From the IMG/VR virus record IMGVR_UViG_3300008108_000013: a DNA stretch of 64,000 bases. One strand, written 5' to 3'. Shown here piece by piece: positions 59,901 through 64,000 of this stretch. Position numbers and translations under genes: made by a program. The DNA is from a virus. Lineage: Duplodnaviria > Heunggongvirae > Uroviricota > Caudoviricetes. Each line of letters opens with the position of its first letter. Position 1 is the first letter of the stretch. The notes beneath the pieces are model-generated. The model did not search any database. It worked only from the letters and a program-made list of their open reading frames with translations, and was not told the origin of the DNA.

Positions 59901-60169
59901 CTAGACTAGCAGGAGTTGTAACAACTAATCCAGCTTATATTATGAATAGAGAACAAACTGGAACCAGGGCCTGCGTTGCACTTATTGGTCGAGTTCCATG
60001 TTGGGTAGTAGGAAGAGTCAAAAAAGGCGATATGCTGACAACAGCATCTACTCCAGGTTGTGCTGTTAAGGCCATGAATCCGACACTAGGTGCTATCATA
60101 GGCAAAGCATTAGAAGACAAGGATTACGGTGAAGCCGGAGTCATTCAAGTCGCAGTGGGGAGATCATAA
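47906..60169 (+). CDS. giant (4087 aa) virion structural / fiber-like protein with multiple internal repeat families
   Basis: Single 12.3-kb ORF. The N-terminal [35 protein letters not shown] domain is shared with 60169. There are at least 9 copies of a ~150-250 aa repeat with the core C(A/R)RD(V/M)G(Y/L)IIDA(M/V)xxD(I/L)xYGGN(Y/T)QxIxAG. The C-terminal half is Gly/Thr/Ser/Val-rich with duplicated FA(A/T)Q(T/A)xAPFxIG...NG(A/T)Y(L/I)VT domains. Confidence 0.8.
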   Translation: MAKQIIDIGVQGNDGTGDSIRESFRKVNENFTELYAVFGIEGSIDFTALGDTPNSYEANQLIMANNAGDSLTARTIIGEGAVSIDTDDNGKIIFSVDQIGLAADQEPALANYLNANNFSIVRLADPSQTIVDIWNLNNASLPTTLDELPVTVGYANDNYLRVSGEQVSTVLRVRDEPTFPDVEDPDYDGSLVGNYLSTEAVQRKFVVSRQGDAMTGPLFLNDHPSPLAGQGTPNGITDLQAATKYYVDNQVFSSAVNLFVSGATGDDLQQRTPAGKEGRYWQYAYKTIGAAALAAENIINLANQEPGPYRQRLSYTIGPDQYFSTVQEVTLIDGNTKTEGYQDAFDLLQVNKEFIQAETIAYINNKYVNSFTYDEAQFNADIQFALESVANDIVVGSTFNSTRAAVAYYTGPNSDKLASQLVQTIEAIKYARDEVLNFSYDDDKLANYVGQVIDALCYDLVFQSNYQSIQAGIFFADAGTDISVPQMVQLLLEIEEQITALGAVSGPSAPPAAAQSITDNIAVIIDIITGDTIPEPSMPDLSNTPVGRSSARDLVLANIPFLQAETIAFLGAEYPTLAYNKEKCRRDIKYILWSLVYDFMYDGNLQSVYAGLRYWTGTTRNIASYEIEPFNDVLEYMRTLLVSIVNSDSPTTVYQQSFRQYRNETLINGSIVLSSIDDNIDAIKAIITNYLSAPAVVLPTVTNPPIAATIITARNAIQTEKPAYQDFAIDYIDENFPVINDPDILTDIEERFQIIIDLLTLGLQGRENSNYTIPVGTSIGAFHAQALIMGNLDFIASQTEGYLIANHGGYSYDSVIFQQHIKDITEAVVYDLIYGGNSAISYKANQLFAAEVTGNEILDTFSYTAGLITNSIIQNLGASPIYSITTAAGLTQFIDATNYPGGGGAAPSINNLFNILQAIIDGDEGPTVQTPVLDGYSSIRRSARNIILLNRAPVAQRTLDFLNANYQGGFNYDEAICYRDLGLIIDAMSIDIITGGTYQSITAGKSYYRNASARAIAIGTQLTETLDAINFAKGVAVQVLEQTTASRYQSLITQTLNPAKIASPQAVTDLQNNMDIIVTIINGGVGVAPTPSFGTGIWRVEISNGGNGFVDQGAPGNNDIIPAKVLVGIDSAAYGSIVRYVRGYTINTDIIEVRLTKPGFFTVNEQIEFGETIRDINIVIQVEAGIYLEDYPIKVPPNVSIRGDEFRRTIVRPRDRISQSPWRKVFFYRDSVIDALELGLIDTENDYATESTIDLGGTSDKIVVTLNVGQVPSSWVGKILMDDRPAVSVTGTSASNNRVTTATAHNYEVGNPIIFTETIGGLIANRKYYVYDVPTTSTFRVADNLTNPTPLTLTTDSTASSVLRYDRRGKAVVDSVSGNFANCSVIYPFQSSGELAIGEWHLYEPLNYGRHYLVDPLDVDSPAKNNKDIDVMLCNDANRISNLTFQGHGGFSMVLDPEGTIKTKSPYGQVCSSFSQSNNRKRFAGGQFVDGFTGRLKGKIISVEYDGITSFDLTNLTNGSGYTPTTGSVTYTSVPVTGLTYTATSVNGTTNKVLLDVTEEELGDLVPGSAVTFSGTTFGGIEAGRRYYINTIYVTKEITLSLTQSTDISDVVDLTSGSGTMTMVNGGVNATADVTVINGVVTNVIINQAGEYWTEGELITVDSADIGGTGSGFNTPIGAVNGKGVQINVRGGKNSGLDIRPPQPPCAFFVQGIRYQVNDVVSWTPNSFNYDSDKCARDVEIIVNAVLEDSIFGTNYQTITAGLAYIRSYSSVVTSQQKEQTIDGLNYARDLIYDLATDNATKLAIRTNMKIITDIIEAVSESAAPSLTYTDPTTPASGTSLIGSNQAAAVIIDNKEFLQEEVVSYIADELGSIPGYDEATCARDVGYIIDAMVFDILYGGNTATIVAAEAYFDGTGENTVEPQISAFQDALGRLKDIIGFIITSDPGAWTKSPSNGLTQTNGFPGDSGSVSTAESLVQIVINVVSNGLGVVPADDEPTFANGVEYVTINPDRIEILNNINLVKERTIAYLDSLYRGGTVILTLDTSTPFNAQGAYDNEICSRDVGLIIDAVLYDMVLGSNYQTIKAGVSYTRATASAVITSQKTQTLAGLDQTRNLVLNEVLNPIARESIVDSMALINSIIDQGVTAAPAISYPSSPSTTANAGKVRDNIVANRNFIAEEVVAWIAASFNLKNYSNYSSVTTRRDMGYIIDAMVYDIVYGGNSMTYDISESFYSKITGASQIDGVEELYTAALGRMTVILQQVVTNAGVTRSPGTVSTQTINPAYAILVSDAEYTKIETLTDIVTDYVEDGDFDTATTRTTPTISGLDADLLAERTSILSVKDDIRKETITFINDGADLTINIEMGGNKSMLANDFAMINDLGYAIVCTNGGISEQVSTFTYYCHTHYWANNGGQIRSVAGSNAHGTYGLRASGFDVTEKPDAVTLAHDMVQTARVYKSGEYADEMTPTTGKQALSIFILGYSYKPFNNSEVEIDHSMAGLGIVRYEVSSIENTPVSIGGQTVLKMNLSTTGNNGTSSTGLATALYDGQQITIRVLQNIKFNNIDNVNPTRPSTALQYNDNLADIYRILAYNLNESTGELLPDNVSILQSDASFNYYKFTTDLNNLGTLDWDYALEITDLTADGTTVTVEFAAQTFAPFEIGEYISVQQTVSDGTNTESFNGAYLVTDVGVDFVEFASTVTDNWVEGGYVGDKTQGSRVGDIKLAVLEIGQATVIAQINKGTYVVGWHGRTHRVDGYTVPLKIAQGSYVSYTAGTNTLLVNGVSGTIEIGDEIFGTGWAGETVVSVTEPPSVGGDYTIVVSGDPSTTPTGTITFGIQRNGYLRIDPNPVQNLVGDGSGIDALSFVSKTNPASGLKFVTYNVPWTPNTPPIADAWYKIAGQENQNYNDWHQVSGVLSKTQLTVSSTSNLTVGMVVTSVSPGTVIQAGTIIQSIDAADKFTVSPACWVPAGSLVSSTIVATLASIIISNAGTNYTSGAPIITFVGGDPIVPAIATCTVLNGSIETVTVVSPGYGYQDTPIIQLSYGNGLLTAVLTSSPIVDTTALAGTSTNQITVAYEDNPGIFELQDQAVFTASISDGLGGAGTQLDVSAVEVGVIKVGQTISGTGITAGTKITAFVSGTPGGIGVYTVDTSQSVIAPIEVTAEVILSGFTSKTGPAVFVGSISGTTLTVASLTSGTIAIGQVITGTGITANTYIIGGSASTWTVSTSQTVGSGTTITAGYAVVLNFPTQSSAPTASRWYEISGNTNPLYNGIYYAVASTTSTITLSYPNDPGTWSSSTDTKLDGLTASAITESLGFSKPFPEEGAVTMRLGYPRNADAQITVRISTCRATGHDFLDIGTGSYSTTNYPVTIYGNPVLSKQQANEVIEDGVGRVFYVTSDQNGIFRVGRFFTVDQGTGTVTFSASIALSNLDGIGFKRGVVVSEFSTDSSMTNNAPEIVPVQSAVRGYIDKRLGLDHGGGPVPLNNLIGPGYLALNGSLTMKGNLNMGTFSITNLATPLITDAGTNAANKFYVDQAISEFDEFEELRDVQFNSLVEGEIPVWDQSTVFNIIGGLGNGNTLTVNFATQATAPFPIGSIIVVSGVTPANYNGTYIVTSCTTNSVSFDSDVVDAYSSGGTVKANKWRNIQLPNNSATSDVLLTYNGVTGKITSTIQSGKIVNSMVSATAGIEQSKLAMTAASTRASATGIAQSNLGLASFKDIEFQATNGWIELKSATSASTGVTHAKLQWMSQGTILGRAAGTGTGAAGEISFGTVVASGDGVKNAPFAANGAMTVTYDGSNPSNNSYSVTSISTTGSSNSLTKTDGSGNLNISGGYVNATSLRISSNTIIDVNVGTNASQFYTPGSYNFLSATGTNSSNSTVTLNGGTLDVTAGTLKSDDLTTGGTSTAGTITGDWSLASTSVLDVTAGTLYTDTIVSSRTNAAATGSIRGYWSLDGSSRLEATYADLAEYYESDQEYRPGTVLVFGGTKEVTTSNILNDTRLAGVVTTNPAYIMNREQTGTRACVALIGRVPCWVVGRVKKGDMLTTASTPGCAVKAMNPTLGAIIGKALEDKDYGEAGVIQVAVGRS

Positions 60170-60444
60170 TGACCAAACAAGTAATCAACGTTGGAACAAC
60201 ACCAAACGATCGCACAGGCGATCCGTTGCGTACAGCGTTTAACAAAATAAACGAAAACTTTAATGAACTTTATATATTAACAAGTGGTACTGGAGCAGAA
60301 CTAAGTGAACTTGCTCAAGACTATGCGGCGGAAATGTTTGTTAATGAAACTCATAACGGTGTTAGCGTAACATATGATGATATTGAAAATAAAATAAGAT
60401 TATCAGTAAATATAGATGGTGGCAACGCTTCTACTACATTTTAA
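60169..60444 (+). CDS. small paralog of the giant-protein N-terminal domain
   Basis: [35 protein letters not shown] parallels the first 35 aa of 47906. 1-nt stop/start overlap. Confidence 0.55.
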   Translation: MTKQVINVGTTPNDRTGDPLRTAFNKINENFNELYILTSGTGAELSELAQDYAAEMFVNETHNGVSVTYDDIENKIRLSVNIDGGNASTTF

Positions 60445-60462
60445 ATTATAGGAATAGATAAA

Positions 60463-63400
60463 ATGGCAAATAGAATTCAATTAAGAAGAGATACTGCGGC
60501 AAATTGGGAAGATGCTGATCCAACGTTGGCTGCTGGAGAAGTAGGCGTTGACCTTACTAATCGAAAAATTAAAATCGGCGACGGATCTACTAAATGGACT
60601 GACCTAGACTACTGGGATGATCAAGAACCAAATCCATTTGATGGCTCATATAACAGCCTAACAGGTAAGCCAACTCTATTCAGCGGTAGTTACAGTGACT
60701 TAACTAACAAACCCAGTCTGTTTAGCGGTAGCTATAACGATCTAACCAACAAGCCAACTATTCCAGATTTAGGCAATGTAGGACAGCATGTTTTACCTAG
60801 TACAGACAATACCTACGATCTAGGATCACCAACAAAACAATGGCGTGATATATTTGTCAGCGAAGGAAGTATCTATATCGGTGATGTTAAACTCAGCAAC
60901 GATAGTGGAACACTACTAGTACAGAGAGTCACCGATGCTGGTCTAGTTACAGAAGAACCGGTTGAAGCTCCGGGTGTTGTAACTACTGACAGATTGGTCA
61001 ATGGTATTAATACGTTTGTTCTCAATGCCGATGGCACCGTAGAGATCAATGGTGAACCTTTCACCGGAGGCGGTGGATCTATATCAGTTGGCGATGGTCA
61101 AGGACCTAGCGTCGAAAATGTCACAGAAATTTTAATCAACGGTACTATTACAGAAATAGAACCTGGTTTAGTAGGTATTAGTGTAGGCAGTGGAGATGCG
61201 ATCGTCAACGGTGATAACTCATTAACCATAGACGGCAGTGGTAACGCTATATTTCAAGGTGACGGTGCAGGCAACGGAGTTAATCGCGGACTAGAGTGGG
61301 ACTACGGTGCTGAACAAAACAATGGTACAAACTCTATGGTTCGCCAAGACGTCAGTGGTCTAAGTGTAAAGGCTTGGACAGAAGGCGACGGTGGCGGACC
61401 AACAGGCGGCAGCGAAAATGGTGGTTCAGCAACAGTAAACATTCGTACCAATCAAGGTGATAATGAAAAATGGTGGATATTTGACGGAGCAGGTAATTTA
61501 ACGTTACCGACAGGTGGTGATATCCTAGACGAAAATGGCGATTCAGTATTAGGTTTAACCAACGATAAAGAAGTCAAAGTTACAGTGGGCAACACAGAAT
61601 ACTTTGCCCTAATTAGTCGTGCCCAGCAGGCAGATACCAACGGTGTATCACCGCAGGCTGTGGCCTATGATGGGGACGGTAATATGATTACCCTACACGT
61701 CAGTCTTTACGACATAGGCAACGACAAACTAGTCATTTCAAAGTTTGACGATGCAGGATCATTATTGTGGCAAACGCAACTGAACAATCACGATGTTGAC
61801 CTAAGTGTAAATGCTGATCTAGTAGTGTTTGATGACAACAGTATGGTGATAACATTTACCATTGACAGTTACAGTACTACTGACAGAGACAGCATCGCCG
61901 TAATGAAACTTGACGATGAAGGCGGTCTAGTATGGAGCAAGGTGCTAACTGGTAATCAAGAAGTTGAAATTAATGAACTTATTACTCCTAGTGTAAACAC
62001 CATATCATTGGTAAATGTTGAAGGCACAGACTATCAGGTAGTATCTGTTGGCAATGACTATACTTGGTTACCGGTAGGAGCGGTGTTCTCAGAAAGCACA
62101 GACAGCGTTAACTGGACCATACTAGGTAATTTATCAGCCGTTACCTATGACAGTGGAACTAATACTTCCAGCCTACGATTTCCACTTGGCACATTCTCAG
62201 GCGATCTAGATTCTCCTACTAAATCTTACAGATTCAGTTATGATCAAGTCAACAGTTGGCACGAAACTAGTGCTATCACTACAGACGGTGATGACGTGTT
62301 TGTGATCGCAGAATATCAAGACGGTGCTAGCGGACCTAACCTAACCAAAGCAGCCATACTGAAACTGGCGGGCACTAACGGTAATTTAATATGGGCTAAG
62401 ATATTAGAAGTTCCAGGTAGTGTAGCTGAAATGTACGGGGCAGATGTAGGAGCAGACGGCAACATTGTGGCCGTGGGTTATTATAGTCCCGATGGCCCTG
62501 GACTAACAGGAGCCTGGGTCAACAAGTTTGACGGCACTACCGGTGCTTATATCTGGGGCACTGCAATCCAAGGGTTAGGTGAAGTTAATGCTGCCGGTGG
62601 CGATATTGTGGTAGACAGCCAGAACAACGTGTTTGTCACCTTAAACACTCGTGAAGATATTGTTATTGACCTTGGGACCACTACCAAAACCATAGCCTAC
62701 ATAGTCAAGATTGACAGCACCGGTGACATAGTATGGAGCCGCAGAGCGGGACCAGGACCTTGTGCTAGTGTAGCATCAGGTATTGACTGCGACGACACAG
62801 GTAATGTTTATCTAAGTGTTCTAACAGTCACACAGGACAATCCTATTAGAGACGTTAATGAGTTTGGAACCACTGGTAAGACCACTATGGCTCTGGCCAA
62901 GTACAGCACAGACGGTGAAGTACTGTGGCAGAGATACATTGAGTCAGATCATTATGAATTCATTGGCTATGATGATATTGGCAACAGCGACTACGATTAC
63001 AACTTCAACTACAATCGTGCCCGCAATCTAAGCCTAGGCCCTAACGGTAAGTTGGCCATACAAGGCTCAGTGCTTGAGGAAGACAGCGATGGTTCCTTCG
63101 GCGGTGATAGAAACAAACAGGGTGTGGTTCTACAGATAGATCAAGATGGCCGTGAAATGACCATAGGATCTAGTTCAGACAAATTCACTGTAGTTGCCAG
63201 CCGTATTCCAGGCAAGTTCGTTACATTACCTGCTGTAGAAGGTCTAGCAGAGGGTGTACTAACAGACCTCACAGAAGATGTATTAGTGGTTACACCAACA
63301 CTGACCTTTGTGGACGCTGAATTAGCACAGGTTCGTTCAACATCACAGCCATATGAATATGTATTTGGCAACGATGGTACACTGACCATACCTAACGATG

Positions 63401-64000
63401 GTGATATTCGCCTAACACAAACACAAATTGGTTGGTTCTCCGTATTTGGACAAGCCAATAATAACAACAACGATATTTGGTTCCGTGCCAACTGTGTAGA
63501 TCCCGCCACAGGTGACGTCTATGCCGTGGGTCAAGATGACAACAGCGGTGACGGTATCGTAGTTCGCTACAACAGCCAAGGACAGGTAGTATGGAGTATT
63601 AAACTCAACGACGTCACTAACGGTAACAACACTCGTTGTAACGCTGTCAAGATCCATCCAACCAACGGCAACATTGTAGTACTATGCGAATACTATGGCA
63701 ATTATACAGGAGCATTGTTCCTACAAATTGATCCAGAAACTGCTCGTGTAGTAGTCAGTGCTGGATTTAGAGACAGTGGAGACAATAACAGTGCTATACC
63801 TTATGACTTTAGTTTTGACGGTGCTGGCAACATCATTGTCGTTGGTCGTAAGTTTGACGAGTATAACAGCGTTTCTATAACTCCACAAACTGGTAGTACT
63901 ACCAGCACATTATATGTTCTACGATCAGTGGGCGATGTTAATGCCAACGACTGGTATGTAAGTGGCACAGGCATTACTGGTCGTGCTAGTATAAACACAG
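60463..64000 (+). CDS. tail-fiber protein (3' end beyond window)
   Basis: Open frame from ATG 60463 to the window end. The N-terminus MANRIQLRRDTAANWEDADPTLAAGEVGVDLTNRKIKIGDGSTKW is a phage fiber N-domain. It has three Phage_fiber_2-type repeats (GSYNSLTGKPTLF, SGSYSDLTNKPSLF, SGSYNDLTNKPTIP). Confidence 0.65.
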   Translation, partial: MANRIQLRRDTAANWEDADPTLAAGEVGVDLTNRKIKIGDGSTKWTDLDYWDDQEPNPFDGSYNSLTGKPTLFSGSYSDLTNKPSLFSGSYNDLTNKPTIPDLGNVGQHVLPSTDNTYDLGSPTKQWRDIFVSEGSIYIGDVKLSNDSGTLLVQRVTDAGLVTEEPVEAPGVVTTDRLVNGINTFVLNADGTVEINGEPFTGGGGSISVGDGQGPSVENVTEILINGTITEIEPGLVGISVGSGDAIVNGDNSLTIDGSGNAIFQGDGAGNGVNRGLEWDYGAEQNNGTNSMVRQDVSGLSVKAWTEGDGGGPTGGSENGGSATVNIRTNQGDNEKWWIFDGAGNLTLPTGGDILDENGDSVLGLTNDKEVKVTVGNTEYFALISRAQQADTNGVSPQAVAYDGDGNMITLHVSLYDIGNDKLVISKFDDAGSLLWQTQLNNHDVDLSVNADLVVFDDNSMVITFTIDSYSTTDRDSIAVMKLDDEGGLVWSKVLTGNQEVEINELITPSVNTISLVNVEGTDYQVVSVGNDYTWLPVGAVFSESTDSVNWTILGNLSAVTYDSGTNTSSLRFPLGTFSGDLDSPTKSYRFSYDQVNSWHETSAITTDGDDVFVIAEYQDGASGPNLTKAAILKLAGTNGNLIWAKILEVPGSVAEMYGADVGADGNIVAVGYYSPDGPGLTGAWVNKFDGTTGAYIWGTAIQGLGEVNAAGGDIVVDSQNNVFVTLNTREDIVIDLGTTTKTIAYIVKIDSTGDIVWSRRAGPGPCASVASGIDCDDTGNVYLSVLTVTQDNPIRDVNEFGTTGKTTMALAKYSTDGEVLWQRYIESDHYEFIGYDDIGNSDYDYNFNYNRARNLSLGPNGKLAIQGSVLEEDSDGSFGGDRNKQGVVLQIDQDGREMTIGSSSDKFTVVASRIPGKFVTLPAVEGLAEGVLTDLTEDVLVVTPTLTFVDAELAQVRSTSQPYEYVFGNDGTLTIPNDGDIRLTQTQIGWFSVFGQANNNNNDIWFRANCVDPATGDVYAVGQDDNSGDGIVVRYNSQGQVVWSIKLNDVTNGNNTRCNAVKIHPTNGNIVVLCEYYGNYTGALFLQIDPETARVVVSAGFRDSGDNNSAIPYDFSFDGAGNIIVVGRKFDEYNSVSITPQTGSTTSTLYVLRSVGDVNANDWYVSGTGITGRASINT

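Noticed and set aside
60463-64000. Possibility that the terminal long frame contains hidden stops
   Set aside because: Spot-checks of the frame at several positions (61261, 62101, 63001, 63961) gave stop-free, sensible fiber-like translations. It is treated as one partial gene.

Overview
This 64-kb window is a densely packed, AT-rich double-stranded DNA phage fragment. The best fit is a T4-like or jumbo myovirus, possibly related to marine cyano- or pelagimyophages. Support for a phage origin includes near-perfect sigma70 promoters (TTGACA-17-TATAAT), T4-type late-promoter boxes (TATAAATA or ATAAATAC) upstream of structural genes, short gene overlaps of the ATGA type, rho-independent terminators, a giant 4087-aa virion or fiber protein and a tail-fiber gene carrying Phage_fiber_2 repeats.

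The window falls into five parts:
- 1-2.6 kb: hypothetical genes and a fiber-like structural gene.
- 2.7-23.7 kb: a very unusual enzyme island, mostly on the minus strand. It holds 9 radical-SAM enzymes in at least two new-looking subfamilies, 5 genes with 6 AspH-like 2OG/Fe(II) cupin hydroxylase domains, a flavin-dependent halogenase, a truncated ANL adenylating enzyme, a PLP aminotransferase-like protein, a methyltransferase-like protein, a dual-specificity phosphatase, a mini APH-like kinase and two paralogous PYG-repeat (beta-propeller-like) proteins. This island is the prime candidate for an undescribed phage-encoded modification or biosynthetic system.
- 23.8 kb: an atypical 115-nt tRNA-like gene with its own perfect promoter.
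- 24-47.9 kb: early-gene-like auxiliary functions. These include IF-1, HExxH proteins, a metallophosphoesterase, an entericidin/SPFH/small-TM membrane module, two tandem ClpP genes, ATP-dependent DNA ligase, MazG, BI-1/YccA, a tenth radical-SAM paralog, a PTPS/QueD-like protein, UvdE, Fe/Mn superoxide dismutase and an IscA/ErpA Fe-S carrier.
- 47.9-64 kb: the giant repeat-rich structural protein, a small paralog of its N-domain, and a partial tail-fiber gene.

All functional calls rest on motifs I could read in the translations. None was confirmed by a database search.
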